The notes below the pieces were generated by a model. The model saw nothing but the letters and a program-made list of their open reading frames with translations, did no database searches and was not told where the DNA came from. From positions 6,621 to 70,620 of the forward strand of contig DASVCL010000014.1 of assembly GCA_036381615.1 (NCBI GenBank): a DNA stretch of 64,000 bases. The letters run 5' to 3'. The position numbers and the translations under genes are program-made. The stretch comes from Alphaproteobacteria bacterium (lineage in GTDB: Bacteria; Pseudomonadota; Alphaproteobacteria; CACIAM-22H2). Numbering within the stretch: the stretch's first letter is position 1; every line of letters starts with the position of its first letter. This document shows positions 7,284 to 16,362 of the stretch, one piece after another.

Positions 7284-7985
7284 TCAGCGCCGGTTGTACT
7301 TGCCGACGATGACGTGCGCCTGCTGCCATTCCTGCCGGCTGGCCTGGAACTCGCGCGCCGGATTCCATTGCTTGAGCCGCCAGCTTCGGTCGTTCCAGCC
7401 GACCAGATTCTTGACCATGGCGATCATGTCGCGATCGGGCTGATGCTTGACCAGGAGCACGTCATCGCCGCGCAGCGGCGGCAGCGATGGATGGACGAGC
7501 ACCATGTCGCCATGGCGGTAGGCCGGCTCCATCGAATCCCCGACGACATAGACGGCGAACGCCTGCGCGACATGCTCCAGCGGCCTGGGTCGAGGGACCC
7601 AGTCGATCGGGTCCGGGGTGACCAGCATGCCCGTCGGGCCACCCTGCGCACTGGCATAGACCGGAAGATCGCGGTCTTTTGCGGTGCTGCCGGCGAGTGC
7701 GACCGGATCTATCCGGCGGGCGGCGCCATCATGCCGTTGCGGGCCGGTGCGGCCGTCGGCGCCATCCACGCGCCGCAGCGCCCGCTCGTCGACGCCGAGG
7801 ATGGCCGCCAGCGCCGGGCGTATCTTCTCCGGGATCTCGCGCGGCGTCCCGCGCTCGAGGAACTGCTGCAGATAGGCGTGGTTCCGACCGAGCTTGAGCG
7901 AGACCTCGGCAAGGGAGAGTCGCAGATCGGCGATGCGCTGCCGCACCAGCTGGCGGACGCGATCCTGTGGTTCGGTTTCGGCCAT
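7284..7985 (-). CDS. CI/LexA-like repressor (XRE HTH + S24 peptidase)
   Basis: N-terminal HTH (LSLAEVSLKLGRNHAYLQQFLER) and C-terminal S24 domain (VVGDSMEPAYRHGDMVLV...LLVK). Start taken at ATG 7985 (MAETEPQ) behind a GGGGGAG SD; the ORF-track start at 8021 would sit inside the operator. Confidence 0.85.
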   Translation of the reverse strand: MAETEPQDRVRQLVRQRIADLRLSLAEVSLKLGRNHAYLQQFLERGTPREIPEKIRPALAAILGVDERALRRVDGADGRTGPQRHDGAARRIDPVALAGSTAKDRDLPVYASAQGGPTGMLVTPDPIDWVPRPRPLEHVAQAFAVYVVGDSMEPAYRHGDMVLVHPSLPPLRGDDVLLVKHQPDRDMIAMVKNLVGWNDRSWRLKQWNPAREFQASRQEWQQAHVIVGKYNRR

Positions 7986-8020
7986 GGCGAAGCTCCCCCG
8001 GAAGCCTGCGAATCGGGACA

Positions 8021-8034
8021 TAGGATAAATCCTA
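8021..8034. promoter_or_regulatory. operator-like palindrome TAGGA-TAAA-TCCTA upstream of the repressor gene
   Basis: Perfect palindrome, extended by ATAGGAT (8020-8026) and ATCCTAT (8038-8044). Sits about 36 nt upstream of the repressor ATG. Confidence 0.45.
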
Positions 8035-8105
8035 CATATCCTATTGCACGCCGCAGGGCCAGCGCCGCGGCAAGGCCAAGCCCGGACCCGTGCCCCCGGG
8101 CAGGG

Positions 8106-8945
8106 TCAGCGGTGGCCGTCCACCGGAGCGGGTTCGCGGCCGCGCGGCACCGGCAGATACTCGACGCCCCGCTGGGTGCGGACGGGCTGCGGGTAGAGGT
8201 TCATCAACTCCAGCACTTCGGGCGGCATGTCGGTATTGACGTTCAGCCCCAGCTCCTTCGCCTCGGCGGCGGAAATCGGATAGTCGTGCGTCCAGGCGCC
8301 CTCGGTCAGCTTGCGTGCAATCGCCTCGGCGCGTTCGGGCGGCATCTTGCCCTTGAGCAGGTTGATCGCCGCGTTGCGCATCTGGTCGATCGCCTTGCGC
8401 CCGACATCGGCGAGGATGAGCGTGTTGTCATCGATTTCGGCGACTGGCTTGCGGTCGAGAACCGTTAGGATCGATGCCGCCGGCAGTTGTCCGAGCTGAG
8501 GGTCGATCGGACCGAGCACCGAGTGCGTGCACATGACGATCTCGTCCGCGGCGAGCGCGATCAGCGTACCGCCGGACATGGCGTAGTGCGGAACGAAAAC
8601 CGTCACCTTCGACGGATGGGCATCGACCGCCCGGGCGATCTGCAGCGCCGCGACGGCAAGCCCACCCGGCGTGTGCAGGACGATGTCGAGGGGAATGTCG
8701 TCGTCGGTCATCTCGATCGCGCGCAGGACGTCTTCCGAATCGTTGATGTCGATGTACCGCATCACGGGAAAGCCGAGCAGGCGCATCGTCTCCTGCCGGT
8801 GCACGAGGACGATCACGCGCGAGCCGCGCTGCCGCTGGATCTGTGCGATCTTCCGCTGGCGCTGGATCTCCATCAGTTTCTGCCGGAACAGCGGCTGTAT
8901 CGCGGTGAAGATGATGAAGATCCAGAAGAGGTCGAGGATCGACAT
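8106..8945 (-). CDS. SDH-family Clp-fold serine protease (membrane-anchored)
   Basis: N-terminal TM segment (MSILDLFWIFIIFTAIQPLF) then LHTPGGLAVAALQIARAV...VPHYAMSGGTLIALAADEIVM...GPIDPQ. ATG at 8945 behind a GGAGAA SD. Confidence 0.8.
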   Translation of the reverse strand: MSILDLFWIFIIFTAIQPLFRQKLMEIQRQRKIAQIQRQRGSRVIVLVHRQETMRLLGFPVMRYIDINDSEDVLRAIEMTDDDIPLDIVLHTPGGLAVAALQIARAVDAHPSKVTVFVPHYAMSGGTLIALAADEIVMCTHSVLGPIDPQLGQLPAASILTVLDRKPVAEIDDNTLILADVGRKAIDQMRNAAINLLKGKMPPERAEAIARKLTEGAWTHDYPISAAEAKELGLNVNTDMPPEVLELMNLYPQPVRTQRGVEYLPVPRGREPAPVDGHR

Positions 8946-9092
8946 GGGGAGTTCTCCGTACTCTGTCGCGGCCCATGCGGACCGCTGCCGATCGGTGCCT
9001 GTGATCCTAGGCCAGGTTGGGCGGCACCGGCCAGCGCGACGGGTGCGGCAGAGAATTCGGAAGCCGTAACCAGCCGGCGGCACAAACGACGA

Positions 9093-9119
9093 AGGGGCGG
9101 CCGGTCGCCGGCCGCCCCT
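9093..9119 (-). terminator. GC-rich hairpin downstream of the TRAP operon
   Basis: AGGGGCGGCCGG-TCG-CCGGCCGCCCCT, a 12-bp perfect stem 31 nt after the stop at 9150. The following T tract on the minus strand is weak. Confidence 0.45.
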
Positions 9120-9149
9120 CCATGCGCGCGGATCGTCTTCGCCCGCGTT

Positions 9150-10172
9150 TCAGTTCGCGCCCTTGTCCTGTGCGGCGATGGCCGCGAACAGCTTGTCCAC
9201 CAGCGGCTTGCCGACTTCGCGTTCGACATACTCGCGGACCGGGCCCTGGGCCTTCTCGCGAAAGGCGCCGATCTGCTGCGGACTCAGGACGGTGACGGTC
9301 ATGCCGACCTTCTCGAGGATGTCCTTGGCGTTGAGGTCCTGGGCCGTGGTCATGCCGCGATGGATCCACTTGGCGATCTCGACGCCGTCGCGCACGACCT
9401 TCTGCTGCTCCTTGCTGAGGCTCTGCCAGAAGCGTTCGTTCATCAGATAGGCGTGAATGCTGTAGACGTGCGCGTCGAGGGATATGTGCTTCTGATGCTG
9501 ATAGAGGCTTGCGGCCAGGATGTTGGTGACGCTGTTCTCCTGGCCGTCGACGACTCCCTGCTGGAGCGCCGTCGGAAGCTCGGCCCAGGGGATGGCCGAA
9601 GGGCTGGCGCCGAGCGCTTCGACCAGGCGCTGGAAGACCGGACTCGGCTGCACGCGGATCTTGAGGCCCTTCATGTCGTCGGGCGTGCGGATCGGACGCA
9701 CGTTGTTGGTGAAATGGCGGATGCCGTTGTCGGCAAGCGCGAGCGCCCGGATGCCGACCTGCTTCGCCATCATCTCGCCGAACTCCTGGCCGAAGGGGCC
9801 GTCCATCACCGCCCAGGCCTGTGCCTGGTCGCGGAACAGGAAGGGAATGCCGAATGCGATCACCGGCTTGAACGTTCCGGCGATGGCGCCGTCATGGACA
9901 ACGGCCATTTCGAGCGTGCCGAGACGCAGGCCTTCCATGGTCGGCGCATCCCCGCCGAACTGCCCGGCTGGGAAGATCTCGACCTTCAGCGTGCCGCCGG
10001 AATTCGCCTCGACATAGGCCTTGAAGGCGGTCGCGGCTGCGTGCTTGGGCTGATCCAGCTTGGCCGGCTGGAAATGCGCGTACTTGATCGTTTTCGTCTG
10101 CTGCGCGGCGGCGGCGTGGACGGTGAGTGCCAGTGCCGCGACCGCCATGAGCGGAATCTTCAACATCGACAT
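9150..10172 (-). CDS. TRAP transporter substrate-binding protein (DctP family)
   Basis: Signal peptide MSMLKIPLMAVAALALTVHAAAA followed by a DctP-type fold sequence. ATG at 10172 behind a GGAGGAGAC SD. Confidence 0.9.
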   Translation of the reverse strand: MSMLKIPLMAVAALALTVHAAAAQQTKTIKYAHFQPAKLDQPKHAAATAFKAYVEANSGGTLKVEIFPAGQFGGDAPTMEGLRLGTLEMAVVHDGAIAGTFKPVIAFGIPFLFRDQAQAWAVMDGPFGQEFGEMMAKQVGIRALALADNGIRHFTNNVRPIRTPDDMKGLKIRVQPSPVFQRLVEALGASPSAIPWAELPTALQQGVVDGQENSVTNILAASLYQHQKHISLDAHVYSIHAYLMNERFWQSLSKEQQKVVRDGVEIAKWIHRGMTTAQDLNAKDILEKVGMTVTVLSPQQIGAFREKAQGPVREYVEREVGKPLVDKLFAAIAAQDKGAN

Positions 10173-10195
10173 CGTCTCCTCCCTTTGGCAGTGGT

Positions 10196-11485
10196 TCAGC
10201 GCGTGTAACCGAGCAGGTGGGGCAGCGCGAGGCTGACCCACGGCACATAGACCACCAGCACGAGCACGATCAGCTCGGCGCACAGGAATGGCACAATGGC
10301 CCGCGACAACGCCTCGAAGCGCAGGCGCCCGACCGCCGACATGACGAACAGAACGGCGCCGACCGGCGGTGTGATCATGCCGATCGTGAGGTTGAGCACG
10401 ATGGCCATGGCGAAATGGAGCGGGTCGATCCCGACCTGGAGTGCGATCGGCACCAGGACGGGCACGAGAATGATGACGGCGGGCAACGTGTCGATGAACA
10501 GGCCGCAGATCAGCACGAAGATGTTGACGATCGCGAGAATGAGCAGCGGCTCGCGAGTGAGCCCGCCGATGAGGCCGGCGATGGCCTGCGGGATCTGCAG
10601 GATCGTGAGCAGCCACGCGAACAGCGACGCCATCGAGACGATGAGCAGTGCGGCCGAGGTCACGAGCGCGCTCTGCACGAATACCTTCTGGATCACCCGC
10701 CAGTTGAGGTGCCGCGTGACGAACAACCCGACGAACAGTGCGTAGACCACCGCGACTGCGGACGCCTCGGTCGGCGTGAAGGCGCCCGTCAGAATTCCGC
10801 CGATGATGATCAGCGGCATGAGAAGCGCCGGCATGGCCTTGACCATTGCACGGCCGCGTTCGGACCAGCTCACCCGCGCCGTGGCGAACTGATAGCCGCG
10901 GCGCAGCGAGATGATGTGGTTGGTGACGGCGAGCGACAGTCCGAGCAGCACGCCGGGAACGACACCCGCCAGGAACAGACCCGCGACGCTGACGCTGTTG
11001 TCGGTGATGGCGTACACCACCATGATGATGCTCGGCGGGATGATCGGCCCGATCGTCGCCGTCGAAGCGCTGAGGGCTGCCGCGTAGTATTGATCGTATC
11101 CGGCCCGCTTCATCATCCGCATGAGGATCGCGCCCGGCCCGGCCGCATCGGCGAGCGCCGACCCGCTGATTCCGGCGAACAGCGTGTTCGTGAGGACGTT
11201 GACGTGGCCGAGGCCGCCGCGGATATGGCCGACCAGGCTGTTGGCGAAGCGCAGCAGGGAGCTGGTAATCCCGCTCGCCGTCATGAGGTCGGCCGCGAGA
11301 ATGAAGAACGGCACGGCCATCAGCGGAAACGAGTTTATGCCGTTGAACAGCCGCTGCGGCACGGTCAGGAGCGAGAACCGTCCGTCGATCAGAAGCGCAA
11401 GGAAGCCGGCGCCGCCCATGACGAACGCGATGGGGGCGCCGATGACCATGAGCACGAGGAAACCGGCGAACAGGATCGTGGCCAT
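10196..11485 (-). CDS. TRAP transporter large permease (DctM family)
   Basis: 429-aa polytopic membrane protein (MATILFAGFLVLMVIGAPIAFVMGG...) of typical DctM type. Confidence 0.9.
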   Translation of the reverse strand: MATILFAGFLVLMVIGAPIAFVMGGAGFLALLIDGRFSLLTVPQRLFNGINSFPLMAVPFFILAADLMTASGITSSLLRFANSLVGHIRGGLGHVNVLTNTLFAGISGSALADAAGPGAILMRMMKRAGYDQYYAAALSASTATIGPIIPPSIIMVVYAITDNSVSVAGLFLAGVVPGVLLGLSLAVTNHIISLRRGYQFATARVSWSERGRAMVKAMPALLMPLIIIGGILTGAFTPTEASAVAVVYALFVGLFVTRHLNWRVIQKVFVQSALVTSAALLIVSMASLFAWLLTILQIPQAIAGLIGGLTREPLLILAIVNIFVLICGLFIDTLPAVIILVPVLVPIALQVGIDPLHFAMAIVLNLTIGMITPPVGAVLFVMSAVGRLRFEALSRAIVPFLCAELIVLVLVVYVPWVSLALPHLLGYTR

Positions 11486-11488
11486 GGT

Positions 11489-12028
11489 TCAGACCTGCCG
11501 GATCGAGGCCTGGGCTTCGATCGTGGCGGCATCCTCCGGCTCCAGGCTTTCGGGATGCTCGAATTCGCGGGCCACGTAGTCGCGCATGACCAGCACGAAA
11601 TGCAGCGCGAACACCAGTGCGCCGCAGGGTATGGCGAGATAGGGAATGCCCAGCGGGATGTTGAGGACCGGCGTCTCCTGGATCCAGGCAAAGGCCGCAA
11701 ACTGGAATCCGAGGATCGTCAGGGCGACGACGAAGGCGAAGATGCCGACCGCGACGATCCAGCGAACGCAGCGGCGGGCCCGTTCCGGAAGCAGATCCTG
11801 CGCAAGCTCGACCGCGACGTGACGGCCCTCGCGCATGGCGAGGCCTGCGCCCAGATAGGTCAGCCAGACCATGAGGTACTGCGAAATTTCCTCGGCCCAG
11901 ATGATCGAGAAGCCGAACCCGTACCGGGCCAGGACGTTCGCAAAGACGCACGCGACCATCGCCGCCATCATGGCGACGAGCACGGCCCGATTGGCCGCCA
12001 CCAGCCAGCGCTCGAGACAGGCCAGCAT
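11489..12028 (-). CDS. TRAP transporter small permease (DctQ family)
   Basis: 179-aa protein with 4 TM segments, directly upstream of the DctM gene. Confidence 0.85.
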   Translation of the reverse strand: MLACLERWLVAANRAVLVAMMAAMVACVFANVLARYGFGFSIIWAEEISQYLMVWLTYLGAGLAMREGRHVAVELAQDLLPERARRCVRWIVAVGIFAFVVALTILGFQFAAFAWIQETPVLNIPLGIPYLAIPCGALVFALHFVLVMRDYVAREFEHPESLEPEDAATIEAQASIRQV

Positions 12029-12068
12029 TTCCTCCCCTTCGGCGCGATGTTCTTGTTTCAGGACGCGC

Positions 12069-12578
12069 CTAACGGATGAACTGGTCGATATACGCGTCGC
12101 CTAGGCCGACCTTGCGATAGTGCGCACGGCACATGTCGATCTTGGTGAACACGTCTTCGTAGGCGGTCGGCTTTCCGGTCTCGTCGACGTAGATCATCGC
12201 CCCGGAGATGTTGAAGAAGGTGATCATTTCGTCGTCGGAATCCACCGTCAGCGTGTGGACCTCGCCGGGCGGCTCGTAGACGAAGCTGCCGGGTGTCGCG
12301 ACCCAGTCGTACTCGAGGTAGCGCCAGCTACCCTTGATCACGTAGCCGACGACGATCATGGGATGGCGATGCCGACTCAAAATGCCCGCGCGCCGAACCC
12401 GCAGCAGGTTGCACCAGCCGCCGTTGACCGTATTGAGCAGCAACGGCCGGAACCAGACATTGTCGGCCTGCGGAACCCACACGCGCTCGTCGTCCGGGAT
12501 TGCCTGGGTGACGATCTCCGGCCGGATACCGACCGCCGAGAGCATCGGAATCTGGGATTTCGCAGCATTGTCCCGCAT
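12069..12578 (-). CDS. cupin-fold dioxygenase (2,4'-dihydroxyacetophenone dioxygenase-like)
   Basis: SRHRHPMIVVGYVIKGSWRYLEYDW...YEPPGEVHTL cupin motifs. ATG at 12578 behind a GAGGAGGA SD; the longer ORF-track start would overlap the SDR gene. Confidence 0.7.
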   Translation of the reverse strand: MRDNAAKSQIPMLSAVGIRPEIVTQAIPDDERVWVPQADNVWFRPLLLNTVNGGWCNLLRVRRAGILSRHRHPMIVVGYVIKGSWRYLEYDWVATPGSFVYEPPGEVHTLTVDSDDEMITFFNISGAMIYVDETGKPTAYEDVFTKIDMCRAHYRKVGLGDAYIDQFIR

Positions 12579-12600
12579 GTGTCCTCCTCGAGACGGGGTC

Positions 12601-13326
12601 TCAGGCGATTGAATAGCCGCCGTCCACCGGCAGGATGACACCGGTAACGAACCGGGCGGCGGCCGAGCATAGGAACAGCACGACGTCAGCGACCTCCTCG
12701 GGCTCGCCCCAGCGGCCGAGCGGCGTGCGGCTGAGGATCGGCGCCTCGCGCGCCGGATCGTTCCGGACGGCCTCGGTCATCGCGGTCCGGATCCAGCCGG
12801 GCGCCACGGCGTTGACGCGAATGCGATCGGGCGCCCAGGCAACGGCCAGCGACTTGGTCAGCTGCGCGACGCCGCCCTTGCTCGCCGCGTAGGCGGGGGC
12901 GTGCGGCGCGCCGAAGAAACTGTACATCGACGCCGTGTTGACGATCGCACCACCGTCCGCCGGGAACTTCGACTTGGCCGCGGCGCACACCCGCATGGTG
13001 CCCTCGAGATTGCAGTCGATGACCCGCTGAAAATCGGCGACACGGAACTCGTCGCGTCGGCGGATCATGCCCGCGCAGTTTACGACGATGTCGATCCGGT
13101 CGAGCGCCGAAACGAGGGTCGCGACCGAGCCGTCGCTGGTGACGTCGACCTCGCGGAGATCGATGCCCTGGAACCCGACTTCGCGGCGCGCCGTCTCGAC
13201 TTCCACCTTCGGTCCGCTCGCGACGGTCCTGCACCCTGCCTTCGCGAATGCCTTGGCGATCGCCGCACCGATGCCGCGCGTGCCGCCCGTGACCAGGGCG
13301 ACCTTCCCCTCAAGATCCGGATACAC
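12601..13326 (-). CDS. SDR-family oxidoreductase
   Basis: Has TGGTRGIG, NCAG and YAASKGG motifs. GTG start behind an AGGGAGAA SD. Confidence 0.9.
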   Translation of the reverse strand: MYPDLEGKVALVTGGTRGIGAAIAKAFAKAGCRTVASGPKVEVETARREVGFQGIDLREVDVTSDGSVATLVSALDRIDIVVNCAGMIRRRDEFRVADFQRVIDCNLEGTMRVCAAAKSKFPADGGAIVNTASMYSFFGAPHAPAYAASKGGVAQLTKSLAVAWAPDRIRVNAVAPGWIRTAMTEAVRNDPAREAPILSRTPLGRWGEPEEVADVVLFLCSAAARFVTGVILPVDGGYSIA

Positions 13327-13368
13327 GTTGACGTTTCTCCCTTTGCAACGAACGCTATCACCCCTAGT

Positions 13369-13391
13369 ATCTCATATGCAAGATATGAGAT
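13369..13391. promoter_or_regulatory. perfect 9-bp inverted repeat ATCTCATAT-N5-ATATGAGAT in the SDR/GntR divergent region
   Basis: Read directly from the sequence. It overlaps the ATG of the GntR-family gene. Confidence 0.45.
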
Positions 13392-14116
13392 TGCCGGAAC
13401 CGATGCGCGCACGACCTTCGGGCACCGTCGCCGAAAGCCTCGCCAAGATCGAACGGCCGAGATCCCTGACCGATCTCGTCTGCGACCATGTGCGCGCGAG
13501 TATCGTCGAGGGACGTCTGCAACTCGGCGCCGCCGTTTCGGAGAACGCGCTGGCCGCGACGCTGGGCATCTCGAAGACGCCGGTGCGCGAGGCACTGCTT
13601 CGCCTCAAGGCCGAAGGCCTGATCGAGGTATTGCCGCAGAAGGGGAGCTTCGTTTTCAAGCTGCGGCCGGAGGAGGTCGCCGAGATCTGCGAGCTGCGCG
13701 CGATCCTGGAACGGGAGGCGCTGCGTCTCGCCTGCCGGCGCGATCACGAATCGCTGGCCATGGCGCTTGCCGACATCGTCCGCGAGATGGGGGCAGCGCG
13801 CGCGGCGCGGGATTTCGACCGGTACCGCGAGCTCGATGCGGCGTTCCATCGGGCCATTTTCGAGCGCTGCGGGAACCGGCTGCTGGTCGGCGCCTACAAT
13901 GGAATCGTGTTCAAGGTTCAGGCGCTGCGCACGCGGCTTGCGCATGAGCCGGAGCACGTGCGCCGGGCCGATCGCGAGCATCACGAGATCGTGCGGCTCG
14001 TGCGCGAAGGCAAGTTCGCGCACGCCGGCCGCCTGCTGGCGGCGCACGTGCTCGGCACCAGCCGGTCATATCAGCGGGCGATCGGCAAGAGCCGGCCGGC
14101 CGACGGGGACGGATAA
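13376..14116 (+). CDS. GntR-family transcriptional regulator (FadR/FCD subfamily)
   Basis: Winged HTH (ENALAATLGISKTPVREALLRLKAEGLIE) plus an FCD-like C-terminal domain. Start at ATG 13376 or 13385. Confidence 0.85.
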   Translation: MQDMRLPEPMRARPSGTVAESLAKIERPRSLTDLVCDHVRASIVEGRLQLGAAVSENALAATLGISKTPVREALLRLKAEGLIEVLPQKGSFVFKLRPEEVAEICELRAILEREALRLACRRDHESLAMALADIVREMGAARAARDFDRYRELDAAFHRAIFERCGNRLLVGAYNGIVFKVQALRTRLAHEPEHVRRADREHHEIVRLVREGKFAHAGRLLAAHVLGTSRSYQRAIGKSRPADGDG

Positions 14117-14161
14117 GGCGGGTGTCGATACTGCCGGGGACGGGACTGCCGCCCGGCGCCC

Positions 14162-15271
14162 TCAGGCCTGAGCCCGCATGGCGGCCGCGTGCGAAGGTCG
14201 CAGTTGCGATCCCGCCTCGCGGACATAGCGCTCGAGCTCCTGCGCGCGATGCCGCGCGGTGTGACAGAGCAGGAACCGTGCGCGTGCCGCCTGTCCGATG
14301 CGGCGCCGCTCGGCCTCGCCGATGTCGAGCATGTCCATGATCTCGCGTGCCGTTTGCGCGACCAGGATCTCCTTGCCCGGCGCGAACAGCGAGTCGAGTC
14401 CTTCCCACCAGTCGCTGATGATGACGCTGCCGCAGGCCGCGGCTTCGAACAGACGGACGCTTGGTGACCAGCCCGCGCGAACCATGTTCGCCCGCGTGAT
14501 GTTGAGGGTGAAGCGCTGCGCATTGAAGAAGCGTCGATGGCGGTTCGGGGCGAGGTGAGTGATGCGGGCAACGTTGCGCGGCCATGCGATGTCGTCGGGA
14601 TATTGCGGGCCGGCGACGACGAAGCGGGCACTCGGTCGCGTGCGCGCCGGCTCGATGAGCAGCCGGGCCAGTTTCGGCTGCCGGTCGGCACTGTAGGTGC
14701 CGAGATAGCCCAGATCCCACCGGAGCGGAGCCTTCGCGGGATAGTAGAGGTCCGGGTCGACGGAGCAGTAAAGGGGGCGCGCCATGCGCGCGCCGAATTC
14801 ATGTTCCAGTCGTCGCAACAACGGCCCGCCGGTGAAGGACAGGTAGAGGTCGAAGGCGGGTACCAGATCGGCGGATAGATAGGCGCATGTTCCGCGCTCG
14901 AGCGCCGCAACGGTTTCGGGCGTGTCGATATCGTAGAAGGCGGTGACGCCGCCCGCCGTATCGAGGACCCATTCGGCGACGGCATGTCCGTCCGGAACGA
15001 AGGAGCCGACGATCACGACGTCGGCGGTGCGTACGATGCCGGTGAACCGGCGCTTGAGGTCGGCCACGCCATGATAGAGGCAGGCGCGCGCGAACGGCGG
15101 CTCGGGCATGTCTCGGTTCGCCGCGTACCAGGGGACATCCCGTTCGAGGAAGACGATCTCGTGGTCACGGCCACGGAGTTCCCGCGCGAGCGACCGGTAC
15201 GTAGTCGCGTGGCCGTTTCCCCATGACGAGGTGATCGACAGGCCGAGAATGACGAACGACAGGGCCCCCAT
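14162..15271 (-). CDS. CgeB-like/DUF3880-type glycosyltransferase, paralogue 3
   Basis: Paralogous to the next two genes and shares the N-terminal signature SSWGNGHATTY. Its ATG overlaps the upstream stop (TGATG). The family name is from memory. Confidence 0.65.
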   Translation of the reverse strand: MGALSFVILGLSITSSWGNGHATTYRSLARELRGRDHEIVFLERDVPWYAANRDMPEPPFARACLYHGVADLKRRFTGIVRTADVVIVGSFVPDGHAVAEWVLDTAGGVTAFYDIDTPETVAALERGTCAYLSADLVPAFDLYLSFTGGPLLRRLEHEFGARMARPLYCSVDPDLYYPAKAPLRWDLGYLGTYSADRQPKLARLLIEPARTRPSARFVVAGPQYPDDIAWPRNVARITHLAPNRHRRFFNAQRFTLNITRANMVRAGWSPSVRLFEAAACGSVIISDWWEGLDSLFAPGKEILVAQTAREIMDMLDIGEAERRRIGQAARARFLLCHTARHRAQELERYVREAGSQLRPSHAAAMRAQA

Positions 15272-16362
15272 CACACGGCCATGCGTTCGTGCGGCACGGT
15301 TCGACCGCGTAGGATCGCGTCGAGCTGCCGCGCCCGGTGAGCGTAGGTGTGCTCAGCCAAGACCCGCGCCCGCGCCGCCGCGCCGATGCGACGCGCCCGA
15401 GCGGGATCCAGGGCGGCGAGATGCGATGCCACCTCGTCGCCCGAGCGGGCGACCAGAATTTCCCGGCCCGGCTCGAGGAACTGCTCGATTCCCGGCCACA
15501 TGTCGGTGATCAGGCATGCGCCTGCGCCGGCGGCCTCGAAGATCCGGGTCGGCGGCGAGAAACCATAGCTTGCCATGCTTGCCCGATTGACGTTGAGCAC
15601 CGCCATCGACGAGCAGTTCAGGGCATTGTGCTGATGCGTGTAGACGTGACCGTGATAACGGACATTGGCCGGCCTCGGCTTGTCGGCCCATCCGCTGCCG
15701 CCGAGCAGAAATCGTCTGGCCGGGAGCGCTGCGGCCGCGAAGAAGAAGAACTCGTCCACGCGGGCCTCGCGGTCGGGGAGCCGGTTGCCGACGAAGCAGA
15801 GGTCCGCGACGAGGTCGGGGTCGGGGGCCACCGGATGATGCGTGGACGGATCGAGCGCGTTGTAGATCGGGATGCAGGCGCGTGCGCCGAGCGCCCGGTA
15901 GGCGGCAACCACCGGCTCGCCGCCGCCGTAGGTAAGGACCATGTCGTAGCGCGGGACGAGGTCGCGCAGCGGGTCGTGCGCGGCACGGTGCAGGCGATCG
16001 AGGGTGGCCGGCGCATCGACGTCCCAGAAGATCGCGACCGCGCCGGGCCGGCGGGCGGCGAGGACGCCGCTTTCGAGCCTGTCGTCGAAAACGCCGACAC
16101 CGCTCGCCTTCACCAGAACGTCGGCGGCGCGGGCCTGATCGAGGACGTGATCGACCGCCGACTCCGCCGCGTCATAGACCACGACCCTGGCCCATTCCGG
16201 CGCGGCGATGTCGCGATGGGATTGACGGTCGTAGGCATCGGGCTCGTAGAACGTGATCTGATGGCCGCACGCGGCAAGGGCACGCAGAAGGCCGCGATAA
16301 TAGGTCGCCGCGCCATTCCAGTAGGCGGAAAGAAGGCTCGATCCGAAGAATGCGACATGCAT
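15271..16362 (-). CDS. CgeB-like/DUF3880-type glycosyltransferase, paralogue 2
   Basis: MHVAFFGSSLLSAYWNGAATYYRGL..., with C-terminal RIFEAAGAGACLITD like GT-B enzymes. It abuts the upstream stop (TGAATG). Confidence 0.65.
   Translation of the reverse strand: MHVAFFGSSLLSAYWNGAATYYRGLLRALAACGHQITFYEPDAYDRQSHRDIAAPEWARVVVYDAAESAVDHVLDQARAADVLVKASGVGVFDDRLESGVLAARRPGAVAIFWDVDAPATLDRLHRAAHDPLRDLVPRYDMVLTYGGGEPVVAAYRALGARACIPIYNALDPSTHHPVAPDPDLVADLCFVGNRLPDREARVDEFFFFAAAALPARRFLLGGSGWADKPRPANVRYHGHVYTHQHNALNCSSMAVLNVNRASMASYGFSPPTRIFEAAGAGACLITDMWPGIEQFLEPGREILVARSGDEVASHLAALDPARARRIGAAARARVLAEHTYAHRARQLDAILRGRTVPHERMAV

Larger units (their letters stand above)
5687..8050 (-). mobile_element. 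phage-derived remnant module (repressor, two small ORFs, Rad52-family recombinase)
   Basis: Gene content is co-oriented on the minus strand, with AT-rich operator-like patches. No integrase, structural or lysis genes are present in the window. Confidence 0.5.
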
